DNA of 57,751 bases, the filler included, from Sphacelaria rigidula (taxonomy: Eukaryota): the NCBI GenBank assembly GCA_964200075.2. It is 7 parts of 7 records of this genome, joined end to end, with 100 filler letters (N's around TTAATTAATTAA, not from the genome) between each part and the next. Parts side by side here need not be neighbours in the genome. Positions count along the whole stretch, not along the records: positions 8,266 to 16,430 come from CAXNAA020012066.1; positions 16,531 to 24,695 come from CAXNAA020012067.1; 5 more parts are not named here. One strand, given 5' to 3'. Under the pieces are notes generated by a model that was not told the DNA's origin, did no database searches, and saw nothing but the letters and a program-made list of their open reading frames with translations. How positions within the stretch are numbered: the stretch's first letter is position 1; every line of letters begins with the position of its first letter. Made by a program: the position numbers and the translations under genes. Of the stretch, positions 11,117-23,146 are shown piece by piece.

Positions 11117-14100
11117 TTATCTACAGTTGCTGCTGCCGCTGTTGCTGTCGCTATCGCTGCTATCGCCATCGCTGCTGTCGCTGCCATGATTTGGAAGGTC
11201 CTGTTGAGGTGGTGCCGAAGGTTTAATAGACTCCAGCTGAAGCTTCACCGCGCTACTGGGGATCTGTGAAGGCGTAGGATTCCCTGGGGCATCAAGCAGC
11301 ACGGCGGATACGACCGGCATAGACTCAACATAACTCATAGGCGGCAAGGACACACCCGCACCAGCAGCTTCAACCTGCAGCGCTCCTGCATCGGGCGGCG
11401 TCCGCTGCACCGTCAGCGGCATCGAGAGCTCAGGCGAAGTGACCCAAGAACTAGTCTTGAGTTTAACGTCCAGGGAGTGTCGGATCCGGATCATGTCGGT
11501 CTGAAGTGAATCGCAACACTTGTTATCGGGTACTACCAGCTCATGACGGACCCCCGCTCCGGCTGCCAGCAGTTCTTGGAGCTCTGCGCGGGCATCCTGG
11601 CCCACCGCGGCGAAACCACGGTCTCTGTCGGGTCTCTCTGCTGCACCCTCTCCCACTGGCCCGAGTTGCGAACCGGACACGATTAGTTTGGCGACAGTCC
11701 GCTGTTTGGATGCCTTGTACCCGTGAGCGTTCCAGTGTGCCTTTTGGTTGATCTCGATGCGCAGTTCTTTTACGGGTGCTGTGCTGTCGTTGCGAGCGAC
11801 AACCGTTAGGCCCAAACGCTCGAGGCGGCCGACCACAGATTTGTCTGCTTGAAATCCGATGCTCATGCTGCAGCGTACGGGCAGGATGGGGCATGAACCA
11901 AGACGAGTGGAAGGAAAGAGAGGTGTCAGTTGGTCTAGTCGACGATGTGGCACGATTTGAGCGCACTGCAGTAAAGGGCGCCAATTTTGTCCTTGCCATC
12001 TTGCAGCGTGCTTCGTTGTTTGGGACAGCACCGCACTTGAAATCAGCGAATGTAACGCGATGTTTGCAGCAGCCCCGGGAGGACAACATTGCTGAGTTTC
12101 GTACTCTACGCCGAGTGAGTACGAGTACCTGCTACGCTAAAAACGCAAATCGCCATGTCGGCGACTGATCGGTTGCGTCCCCGTTGATCTTACGTATTGC
12201 TGACATGCCTTGGCACAACATGTAGTGTGGTCGACAGATTGCGATGAGTATTTCGACGAGGGAGGCAAGTACAATCGTAGCACGCAGAAGGATCTTCGGG
12301 CTCAGAACCGTCAAGTCTGATACGACCAGACGTCGAGCCTTTGGAAGACAGAGCCTCCGAGCAATCGAAAAGTTTGTTTTGACCGTTATGGTAAATCGTT
12401 GAACAACACAGTACACCTCGTTGATGCCACAGGATAATCCATCCATATTTATACACATACTGTATTAGCACAACGATTCCTTAAGGGGGATGATGTGGGG
12501 GTGTACCGAAACATTTGGTGCGTACAGGTTCCAGCCCTATGAAGGCGGCATAATGTGCCCGGTTGGGCAGAAACACTTCCCCTCATGGGGCTGCCTTGTT
12601 CATTTGATACTAGACACGACTTCGCCCACACTTGGAACACTAAGATGCGCGTGCATGCATAGTCTTCACCGTCCAGGAGATTCAATTGGATATCTTTCTC
12701 GAAGCACGTACGAAACACGGATGGGAGTACGCAGCATTACCTGCCCTTTTTGACACAGCAGCACTCCGTCACTTTCTCTGTCGTGGGTCCCACCAAAACC
12801 GGCGCCAAACTAGCCTCCTGGGTCCGAGAAAAGACGGTGAATTCCGCCTCGGCTTTCGCATCAAATTTTAACATTCCGGGGCGGTGCACTCTTGCGTTGA
12901 GCTTATATCTGATGCTACACGAGCTCCCGTCTCCGCTCGATTCCTGAATATTTGCAATTTACAATTCGTCGTGCACGTGAGTGTTGAGCGACGTTCTGTG
13001 TGTAGCAGTTGTTCACGACCGATAAACTGAAACAACCTTTAAAGTGACGCACGGCACCTTATCGGTGAACTGGCCTACCATTAAAACAGTTTGAATTGAA
13101 ATGGAGGACAACCTCGAGGGATTGGCGGTCAGTTCAGGCACCAATTGGCAAGGTCAATCTGCGAGGTTTTGGCTGGACTAGCGCTTCATGTTCACTCTAC
13201 CGTATACGACAGAATCGTTTGCCAACAACATGGAGTGTGCGATCGCTCACGAGGGAGCGGGTTCTGCGCGAACCACGTCCACGTTCCCTCTGCTGGAAGT
13301 TCCCCCGTCCGCGTACGTCAAGCAGACACAAACCCGGCAAAACGGCAACATCACGTGATTCGACATGAAAACACACACACCTTCATGGATGACGGCAAGT
13401 TAGGGGGAAGAAGGATCGCGTACGGAAAGTTATGGGTGCCGCATTCTGCTCGCCCTCCAAAGTTTGCCAGCGCAACCTCGTATTTAAGGAACTTTTTAGT
13501 GCGCGTCGCGGCATGTCGATGCGTCGTCGATCCACTGCCTGAAAAATTGGTAGACAATACAATAGACCATCAAGTTACGCCCGACAACGTCTTAGCCTAT
13601 AATACAGCCAGCTCCTGCAACGCTGGGGTCTCTAGGTGGACTTCGGTTGGACAAGCACTTCCAGGGGTTCGGAATGGTTGGTTCTGATGGATATATAAAC
13701 GTCTACATAAAAAAGTGGGGCGAAAGTCGACGATGACGAAACCCACTTTGACGCTCTAGTGTGATGCATGCAACACCCTGCAGCAATTGGTACAGAGGCA
13801 CAGCATACACAGGTATCAAGTAGCTGTCAAATGTGTAGCGATCGGCCGCAACTAGGGGCTGTGCTGATCATCGCCTGCAGGCATTCTTTAAGGGAGGGTA
13901 CGATACCGGTCTTGCTCTCCCAGGTTTGCTGCTGGGCGGAAGATGTGCTCAAAAGCACGACTAGTACAAGTTTCTTCTTTTTTTGTATTCTGAAGTTTTG
14001 GCGATGGGAAACCCAACGAGAGACAAGCAAAATCCTTTGGATGCCCAACATGCTACCCACCCACTTTCTGACACTGGTGAGATGTTCGTTTGTCATTCGT

Positions 14101-14476
14101 GTCACGGGTACACTTCATCCCTGCATACAGGTAGTCAGTGTGGAAATGCACCCTCCTGCTGGTATAAACAATACTCCGCTCCCTGAGGGAAGCAGATGGG
14201 CACTACTGCTGCGGGAGGCATATATACATGAAACCAAGTTACGACGTGACTCATTAGCGTACGTGGGGCTGAGGCAGACTACCCCTGTGGTCAAAGTAAA
14301 ATATTCCAATATCTGGTGCTTGTCCAGGCCGCTTGATCCGCTGCCTGTGTTGGCTCGACTAATGTTGTGAACTTTTGCTCACCTGTCGAAGTGGTTACCG
14401 TGTGCATGACACGAGCGTGCGTTTTGCCCGTCAGAGAAAGCATTACCTCGGCCGCCGACGATCCATCTGAGTCGCT
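11117..14476 (-). CDS. Alpha-arrestin-like (arrestin N and C domain) protein, 5'-partial; exons 14476-14383, 13538-13381, 12943-12741, 11867-11117
   Basis: GT-AG sites join in phase (1,0,2) to give ...VMLSLTGKTHARV...GTHNFPYAILLPPNLPSSMK-ESSGDGSSCSIRYKLNARVHRPGMLKFD...ECCCVKKGSMSIGF...IRIRHSLDVKLKT; FPY..LP..LPSS and I.Y.L.A.V.RP are arrestin-N hallmarks; first exon not found on the contig. Confidence 0.88.
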
Positions 14477-14657
14477 CTGTGAAAAAGTTGACAGGCGAGA
14501 CAACAAAAACGGGGTAGCTTGACGAATGACAGTTCATCTACATGCATTTACCCAGTGCCTTTACAATCGCATGTCCAGCGTTGTCACGGTCGTCGGCCCT
14601 TGACTCATTCATCGACACCCATCCAACCACGCATCGACGTTACGACCATTGCAGTTA

Positions 14658-14693
<36 letters not shown>

Positions 14694-14731
14694 CAGCAGC
14701 AGCAGCAGCAGTTGTTGTTGTTGTAGCAGCA
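14658..14731. repeat. Compound microsatellite (TAG)n(CAG)n(TTG)n; a similar tract lies at 16241-16311
   Basis: Direct reading. Confidence 0.95.
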
Positions 14732-14739
14732 GTCAACAA

Positions 14740-16226
14740 GGGCTCCTGGAAAATGGGGTTCAACATCGAAATGGGGCCTACACCCTCTTTCGAAATTTCG
14801 CATTCTTCCCCGCAATATTTTACAAACGCAACGACTTCAGATCTCTTGTTTCTGTGGAGCGCTGAGCGGGTAAGCGCTGAGAGGTGTGTGTGTTTGGGTG
14901 TTATCCCAAGTATCATCATGCACCGCTGGTTGCTGCCAGGACAGCAATACGTGGAGGTTACGCGAACGGCCACGTACTTTAGAAGCCACACGCATAAATG
15001 CATCACTTTCAGGTGATGGCTTAGCTGCTACTGGCGTAGCCCCTATGGGGGCTGGCATGCCGTTTCCAATGTAGAGTCACAAGCACCGAGAAGGCACGGC
15101 TCTAATGCTCACACAAAACTACTACCGGACGAGTCTCAAGACGTACATCTGTGATGCTTAGATCATCATGTGATCGCTCGCTTTGACACGCCGCCACGCC
15201 CTATCTAGATGCTCACTCGTACTCCCCCAGGGATTTCTTGTCGCGCAGGTGGTTACTCCCGTCTCTAGAGCCCATACAATTGATTACCAACTATGACTCC
15301 CTGTGGGCTTACCCTATTTCTCTTTCCGTCCTACCCTAAAAATGTATGTCTTTTCGTGCGTTCGAAGCGGGCTCTCACGAGGTGAGAGGAGCTTCCATCG
15401 ATTTTTAACGTTGCTGGAAATGATAAAAAGGGGGCACTATTATAGTAAAGTGCCACCGTGCGTGTTGCAGAAAAAAAGTTGCCTTGCACGAAACGTTTTG
15501 TAGATGTAAAAATGAGGCATTTCGTCGGTGGGAGACTCCCTGCTCTTCGCGAATATTCCTGGGGCTTGGAACAAAAACCGGCATCATTTTCTTCCAAGAT
15601 GAAGGAAGCCGATGAAAGCGGCTTCCCGCACCTTGTATAGGCTCTAGAGACGGGGGTAACAGGATGCGCGACAAGGAATCCTAGGGAAAGAAACGAGTGA
15701 GCTGCTAGATTAGGCGTGGCAGCGTGTCGAAGCGCGCGACAACATGGTCATCTAAGCAACACACACGTACGTCACGGGACTCGTCCGGTAGTAGTTTTGT
15801 GTGGGCAAGAAAGCCGTGTCTTCTCGACGCTTGTGATGTACCACAGCGCACGTTGACTCTCCATTGGAAACGGCACACTGCAGCTCATATCGTACGGCAT
15901 GCCAGCCCCCATATGGGTCACGCCAGCAGCAGCTAACCCACCGCCAGAGGTGTCTACCTCCACGCGGCATGCAAAGAAAGTGATGCCTCTATGCGTGTGG
16001 CTTCTATAGTACATGGCCGTACGCGTAGCCTCTACTGCTGTCCTGGCAGCAAGCAGCGGTACATGCTGATACTTGAGATAACACCCAAACACAAACTTCC
16101 TTAGCGCTCAACAGAAACGAAATATCCGAAGTCGTTTGCGTTTGTACAACTACGCGGGGAAGAACGTGAAATTTCGGAAGTAGGTTTGAGCCCCATTTCA
16201 TTGTTGATCCTCAGTCCAGGAGACCC
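14740..16226. mobile_element. Large foldback element: ~540-590-bp diverged inverted arms (14740-15279, 15633-16226) around a ~350-bp spacer
   Basis: GGGCTCCTGGA...TCCAGGAGACCC termini; arm motifs such as TTCTTCCCCGC..TACAAACGCAACGACTTC and CCCCGTCTCTAGAGCC recur as reverse complements. Confidence 0.85.
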
Positions 16227-16283
16227 GTAGGAAGTATTACTAGTAGTAATAAGTAGTAATTGCTGTTTTTTTGTGGTCGATAT

Positions 16284-16314
<31 letters not shown>

Positions 16315-16530
16315 TTCTGTGACAAAAACGCAATTGCACTGAAATCAAAACATATCACCCTACCGTTGAAGTGGCGATACCACAGAATAAAGCAACTCAT
16401 TGGAGGCTGTCATCCAAATGCAAGATAATCNNNNNNNNNNNNNNNNNNNNNNNNNNNNNNNNNNNNNNNNNNNNTTAATTAATTAANNNNNNNNNNNNNN
16501 NNNNNNNNNNNNNNNNNNNNNNNNNNNNNN

Positions 16531-16650
16531 CAACAGTTGCGTGGATACCCCTTGGACCAGCGGTCAACTTTATTCTCCCTTTTAGGCAATCAGGCCGAAG
16601 AAATCGTGAAATTGGTGATTTGAACCCGTGATGATTCGTCCTAACTGTGG
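16531..16650 (+). repeat. Dispersed repeat, direct copy at 21018-21137
   Basis: AGTTGCGTGGATAC..CTTGGA.CAGCG.TCAACTTT...GTGATGATTCGTCCTAAC is shared. Confidence 0.8.
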
Positions 16651-17524
16651 AATGTTTATGGTTTCTTCCCAAGAATATCCTCTCCTGTTCAATATCATCT
16701 AGTTTTTCTCGACTAGTCAGCGGTCATTACCCAACACCCCTCCGTGCCGTCAGCTTTCATAATTCTACGATGTCACGTCAGGTCACCGACCCAGGTCGTC
16801 CTCCCCAAGTATCGTCAATCGGTAGCACTGTCCTCATTCGCAAAACGTATTGTGGTCCGGTTTCGTTGCTGAAGATCCTCGCCCCTCTCCCCAAACCCTG
16901 AACCCTGTATGTGTGATATCCCTCACACTTGAAACTTGATCTCATGGAAGCAAACGACGGAAGCATCGTTCGGTCCCTGCAAATATAGCAATTTTTGGAG
17001 GAAACTGAAGTTGAACATACCCCAGGAGGAAGAAGTGGGAATTGGGGGGGGGGGGGAATGACCAATCCCTTCCTTACGAGACTGTAAAATCACTGCGATT
17101 TGAACCCTGCTCCGTTTCTCTCCTTTACTGTACTGTCGTTTCTAACCCTTTGACCGCGAGTAAGTGCACGTGTCTGTTGAATCAGCATCAATTTCACTTG
17201 AATAATGAACAAATGACCAGATGATCTACCTGAGGGGGGAACGGGGAGGGGGGCGGGGGGGAGGGGCGGTCTGACCTATCATGACTGTGGTCCCTAAAAC
17301 GAACTAAATATCCTATTTATTTGCGACGGTCTATGAGAGTACTGCACCTAAAAGTGTCTACGAGCTGTGCCAGTCGTGAAACGCACAAACGCACATCCCA
17401 CAGCAACTCGAGTTTCCTGAATCAGCTAGATATAACCCCTCTGACATTTTTTGTTTTTGTGAATCGGCATCATTTTCACTCATTTTCAAGTCGAAATGAT
17501 GCCCATTCACAAAACGAGATCATC

Positions 17525-17660
17525 CATACCCTGGACAACAGAATACACAGTCAAAAAGTGTACTGCGTACAGTATCGACTATTGCGCTATTGCAACAGAC
17601 AATATATTCCATACTGTACGCAGTACATTTTTTGACAATAAAATCTTTTGTCCAGGGTAT
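17525..17660. mobile_element. MITE of the CAYACCCTGGACAA family
   Basis: CATACCCTGGACAA ... TTGTCCAGGGTAT terminal inverted repeats. Confidence 0.8.
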
Positions 17661-17767
17661 CAAATCATTAACGGTTTAGCATATATATCGCTGCGAATCT
17701 CGGACCAACCTAGTCATGCACACTCTGCCGCTACACAAAAAAAAAGAAGGAAAATGCACTGCATAAT

Positions 17768-17872
17768 CCCTTTGATCGCGAGGTTAGCCCACTTGCTGAA
17801 TCGGTATCAATTTCACTTGAAATAGGTATGCCTGATCCAGATGGACCCCTCGCATCGCGGTGTAAGGGTTAA
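17768..17872. mobile_element. Small piggyBac-like MITE (CCCTTTGA.CGCG...CGCGG..AAGGG|TTAA); relatives at 17143-17230, 22188-22307, ~44620-44719
   Basis: CCC...GGG termini followed by TTAA; shared core GAATCGGCATCAATTTCACTTGA...GATCCAGATGGAC. Confidence 0.65.
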
Positions 17873-17892
17873 CCGCGGAACCAATGAGAAAA

Positions 17893-17963
17893 GCGTCTGT
17901 CGGGATTCGAACTCGTGACCTCCATAGCTGAAGTCTCCAGTATCACTTGGGTTACAGGGGCGC
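17893..17963 (-). mobile_element. Degenerate tRNA-derived SINE head
   Basis: Minus-strand B-box GAGTTCGAATCCC preceded by GAGGTC; degenerate A-box. Confidence 0.45.
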
Positions 17964-18807
17964 AGCGGTGTCACACGAAAAGTGCCAGGCTGGACCCAAT
18001 TTTATGAGTTCATTGGCGAAATTTCATCAGGATCTCCTTCACGCAAGTACGTGAAACATTTCTGGAGATGCCGCCGCTTTTTATTTTTTTCACATTTCCC
18101 CAGTTTTTGCTGAAATTTCAAATCGCTCTGACTCTCTGATATATATATTTTTTCACCTAGCATCCCGAGAAATACTGCGCATGTTGATGAAAATGTCACG
18201 TCAAAATTTCAGCGTCTACCTCCTGGAATTTAGCATCACCAGACGCAGAGTATTCAAGAATCACTGTCAGCTGGCCCAGCTCGTGCGTTTCCCCACTACT
18301 ACTTGACAGCGAATGTCATGTTTCCGATTGTGAAGAATGTCGCCCTCTTTTCCACGACTAATTCCTCACCCGTACTCATCCAGGGGTTTCTGTGCCAAGT
18401 TTAATAGGAGTTCATACGAATGAGTTGACAAAATCTAATGGTTGAACAAGTACCTCGTAACTTGGCTGCAGCCGCTTAGACTATTGTACCATCATAGGGT
18501 AGGCGATCTGTTGAATCGCCATAATTTCCACTTCAAAAACATGACAAGTGATTTTGGTTCACAATATCGCCTCCCCCGGCGGTCGAGGAGTGAAGGGGAG
18601 CTGCCACACGCGGATTTTTGTGGGGCTGACAGTCTCGCGTTGGGGTTAAACAAAAGCAAGAGGGAAAATACTCTATCGACCAGTTGGCGTAAACTCACAG
18701 TATCTCGCCACCTCGCGAGTTCAGTGCGGACTTGCGTTCAATGTTGCGCCAAAGAAAAAAAAAGTCAAATGTCTGTGGATTTTCGCATACAACAGTCATT
18801 GAATAAA

Positions 18808-18873
18808 TTATTTGCTGGGATCATCCACAAAGTAGGTGTAGTCGACACGAGCGAGGTGCATCAGAGGGCGGAC
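18808..18873 (-). CDS. Possible terminal exon of an unidentified gene (VRPLMHLARVDYTYFVDDPSK*)
   Basis: CGCCGTAG acceptor, coding-like codons, in-frame TAA; no upstream exons confidently linked. Confidence 0.3.
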   Translation of the reverse strand, partial: VRPLMHLARVDYTYFVDDPSK

Positions 18874-19018
18874 CTACGGCGCAACACGCGGCACATCTGA
18901 AAAGCTATGTTTCGAGGCTGGATCGTCGGCACAAGTTGAAGGCCGAGAACGTGATAATGCCCCGCGTTCGGTGGCGTGCATGGTGTTGCTCGGTACGGGT
19001 GCCTTGTGGGCCCCATAG

Positions 19019-20444
19019 CAGTGTTATTCCTTTCCGATAATATGGAGGCGATGTTTTGGCAGCTTTAGGCGTGAAGAGCATCCGCAACCTGCGTCAGGTT
19101 ACGCCGAAACTTGGAGGATGTGTAGATTGATATTAGAGGAAGGTGTCACTGTCACAGCTACAACAGGAGGGAAGTCGCTGATGGCCCGGTTTGCAGTCAT
19201 ACGGTGGATAATCATGATCATAGGGTGCACGATCACGTTTTTTAACACCCTGCTGTCTGATGACGATTATAGTGGGTACAGTGACAGTTGAGCACGCTGA
19301 CTGTGCAATGGATCCCGCCGGCCTCGCATCAATCTTTGCCCAGTGAGGGATGAACGCTCGAAGAAACCCAGCAAACAAGCATCGTTTATGGTCCGCTATA
19401 TATATGAGGGTTGGGAGGTGAAGGTTTCCGCTCCAAAACGATCGACAGTCGAGGTTAAGCTACCGTCGCGCGACCAGTGGGTTGCGCGACGGGCCCTTGC
19501 CGGCGTACCTGGTACTGGAGGCGACATCCCGATACAGAAAGTCCCACCACTACCGACCCGGCCGTGCAAACAGGCTGGCAGCCGGAGTGGGCGTTGCACT
19601 AGTATTCTTCTAGCCGTATCAACTTGAATCATCTCCGCAGCGGCTTTGCACGTGAATATTTCGGTGACTTACTCACTTCCACTTCGGCCATATTTGACGA
19701 CAACGCCACGGTCCCACTGCCCAACTTTATATGTGAAAATGTACCAAGATGGACAAGATATTTGTGTTCATCTTAAAAACAAGTGTACTGCGCACATTAC
19801 TGAAATCGGTTGTCGAGTACAGCTGCAACACGGTCGGGTCACGAAAATCTGGACCTGCGACGGGTGGTATTGCCCGTACACATGAACCGCAGCCGAAGCG
19901 GCTGGGTAAATGTTGTGGTGAACTGCGGAAGACAGGTGGAAATCACTGCAGGGCAGAGATATACGAAGGATGTTCCGTTCTGCGGTGTGCCATATCACCT
20001 TGCACGTTGCTGCTGTGCATCGAGCACGTTGTGCAGGTACAGGTGTCACTGATGCGGGTGGTGCGCAGTCTCTAACGCAGGCGGCCCGCAGTATATGATG
20101 TGCTGTGCTGTAGTACTTGTGTTCAGACCAGTGCAGACGGGGTGGGACCGCATGTACATAACCCTTCACGAACTTCGTCGTGCACTACTGAGCCGGCACG
20201 TTTTTCCAGTAGAAATCGCTTGCAATCTGTGCTGTTACATAACTCGCAAGCGATGCAGCTTTCTCCACGTCCGCAGATCGCCCGTGAGGCGAGTTCGTGA
20301 TGGTGGAAGTGCCCGCCCCTCTTTCCGTGATGATCTCCAGCCTTGGTCTCAGACAATTGAAACCTTCGGAATATGACAGTATCTACTGGAAGTTACGCGT
20401 CTCGTGCCTCAATCCCTCCATATTATCGAAAAGGAATAACACTG
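19019..20444 (-). mobile_element. Non-autonomous hAT derivative with ~30-bp TIRs and a decayed transposase C-terminus
   Basis: TIR CAGTGTTATTCCTTTYCGATAATATGGAGG at both ends; minus-strand remnant LDCRSFWSGNLHLPTLIYIA...FFERS resembles the hAT dimerisation domain; no intact TSD. Confidence 0.6.
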
Positions 20445-22382
20445 ATGGTACGATGATGAGAGGCAACCACGCTTCGCGTTCCAGCGCATCATCACGCCCA
20501 GGGCGTAGTATATGGAGTGTGCAATCCGCGTTAAAAAGAGGCATCTCAATTGCCTTCAAAGAAACAAGAACGACACGATCGTTTGCATTCATGTCTGGCG
20601 GCGCAGCTGATGGGTTTGAAATTTTGAAACTTTCTTCATGACCACTATATAAAGTGCAGTATATTACGCTGATACAATGTACGGTTGTTGTCGAAAGACA
20701 GTAGCCGTACCGTAGTACTGCGTAACCGCACCTCATGTTTATTTGGATACTTTCCTACGTTAAACTCCCAATTTCCAGTGTAACTTCCCTCGTGGATGTC
20801 TCGCCTGCGACTGCGCGTTCCATCATGTAACTTTGCACACTAGTCGGACACAATACAGACAGCATATATATGAGCATAGGGTCGGACAAACAATGAGTCG
20901 TCTGGAAATTACTTGGTTTTAGTATACTTGATTCGACTCGTGACGAATCAATCCCTAGGCTTTATTTCAGCGTTGCAACCCAGGTACACGCACGCAGCCT
21001 AGACAAGTGGAATGGCGCAAAAGTTGCGTGGATACTCCTTGGATCAGCGATCAACTTTTTCCTCCCTTTTGGGCAATCAGGTCGAAGGAACCGCGAGTTT
21101 GGTCATTCTTAGTCGTGATGATTCGTCCTAACCGTGCGAAGTTTCGACATGACCACAAGCGATTTCGGGGAATGCCGTCGATGCGCCCCCAAATCGGCTA
21201 TCCCGCAGCTCCGACTTCGTGCACTACAGGCGAAACCATACATGCACAAACTACGACAAGTTGAGCGGCTGGGCGGCCGATGTAGTAGCAAACTGACACC
21301 GTTCTGTACTGCGACCCTTCCTGGATCACGACCAGCTGCAGTGTACCGGTCGGCATATAGTCTGTAGAGCTGCTGCGCGCGCTGTAGCCGCTGCGAGGCG
21401 CTAAAACTTCGCTCATATGTTGTGCGAACAACAGCCAACAATTCCACGTCGCTATATCTGATCCTGTGTGCTGCAGCAGTGCGCACTAATAGGGAGGGAA
21501 AAGTGGTCAGATTCTGTTCCGATTTTTATTTTTTGGATCAACACTGTGTTGCGTGTACACTACTGACTGTACTGTGGGGGGTTATTATCCGCGTTTGAGT
21601 TTCGTGCGTATTTTGTTGATCGCCGTTGGCTGGTTTTTGCATGTTACGGCACAAACAGACAAAGCACAGTCTGGTCCAGAGAGTAGCATCAGTAGAACCC
21701 GTGACGTCAGCAGTACCGGTGGTTCAACCCGTTCCACTCCAGTGCTGCGACGTCGCTTGGTGTCACTGTAAACGTATTTGTAGCCGTCAGTTCCGGAGTG
21801 TTCCCGTGGCTAGCGTTCCGAGTCCCGTAAAATCGAACATGGAAACAAAGCAATAGCAACAGTTTCTCTGTTGAGGCACAGGAAACGTGATCTGCCCTGC
21901 AAACAACCCGTTTTTGTCGAAATCAGGCGTCGATTTGAGGTCTGCCAACGCACCCTTTCCCAGAGTACCCTCTGTACCCTCTTGCCCGAGGGTTTCGGGC
22001 ATGCCTTGGGTAAGGGTGGGCCGTCTCTTGTCAAATTATGTTCCTATCAGAGAGGTGCGGTGGAAAAGAGAAATTCCGATCTGATTGATCGTCATGTCAA
22101 CACAGGTGACGTCGGCATGAGTGACGAATTAACAGATCGGAATATTTTCACACTTGGGACAGCTCATGAGCTACCTTAGTATCTTCACCCTTTGACAGCG
22201 AGGGTAGGTTACCTGCCGAATCGGCATCAATATCCAGTTGAGGAAACTATAAATGATCCAGATGGACTATTATACCCGCACCGCCCGCACCGCGGTCGAA
22301 GGGTTAATATCGTAGTGATCACGATCATGAGCTAGCTCATATGACCCCTTTTTTTCCCATATTTGCACTCTACAGCGCTGGA

Positions 22383-22549
22383 CAAAGGGTATGACATATA
22401 TACATAGGTGGTTCACTTGTTTCTGTTCCGATTGTGTCCCATACTAAAAATACATATGAAAACAATCCCAACTGCATCGTCTGCGTGTCACGAATGATGA
22501 CGAATATCCCAGCGAGTGCACTACCTATGTATATATGTCATAACCTTTG
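22383..22549. mobile_element. hAT-type MITE with perfect 8-bp TSD
   Basis: GCGCTGGA|CAAAGGGTATGACATATATACATAGGT ... ACCTATGTATATATGTCATAACCTTTG|GCGCTGGA. Confidence 0.9.
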
Positions 22550-23019
22550 GCGCTGGACGCCGAGCACTGAGCACTCAGAGTAGAGTAAAGGTAGTGCATT
22601 GACTTCTCTGACCCCGCCGTTACTTTTTTGTGTGTGTTTGGACGACGGATCTATCTGAGAGTCATCTTCGTTCAGTTAGTACAGGCAGCTATTATTAATA
22701 GCTCATGACCTGTCCAAGGTGTGGAAATTTTCAGGTCGGAATTTTCCTTGCCCACCGCACTTGTTCGATCGAGGAGTAATTTACGAAGGGCGTATCCGAT
22801 TTTGTTTTTTTTCGTTTGAAAATGTGCGGTGGTAAAGGAAGACTACTATTTATCTGATGGGTCGTAATTTCAGCTATCGTCGTATATTTTGAAGATGGTT
22901 GAAATCACGACCTATGAGATCGGGATTTTTGTTTTGCACCGCATACTGTCGATAGAAGAATGATGTGCGAAGACACGACCCAAGACATGACCTTAGGCCC
23001 TGTCTTGTCAAGACAAGAG

Positions 23020-23146
23020 AATAAACGAGAAATGAGACAAGTATCTAAGAGCAGCATGCTTATTGGTCGCCGCAACCATGGACCCGCCCGGGCGACCAAT
23101 TAACGTCCTGCTTTCGGACGCTTGTTTCGTTTCTCGCTTTTTTTTT
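23020..23146. repeat. Imperfect palindrome / small MITE
   Basis: CGAGAAATGAGACAAG...TTGGTCGCC vs GGCGACCAA...CTTGTTTCGTTTCTCG. Confidence 0.55.

Noticed and set aside
11868..12031. 5' part of the 304-aa ORF as coding sequence
   Set aside because: Lies upstream of the CTGCAG acceptor at 11868; intronic once exon 12943-12741 is spliced in
6443..14476. Ankyrin plus arrestin as a linked functional module
   Set aside because: They are on different contigs joined artificially
14519..15016. Poly-Val/Ala, poly-Ser, poly-Thr and poly-Tyr ORFs
   Set aside because: Translations of a microsatellite plus a foldback arm
19343..19627. Plus-strand peptide conserved with ORF 1616-1999 (ALAGVPGTGGDIP...) as a novel gene family
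   Set aside because: Conservation reflects repeat homology; stops and frameshifts differ between copies, and the region lies inside a TIR element with an hAT-like remnant on the other strand
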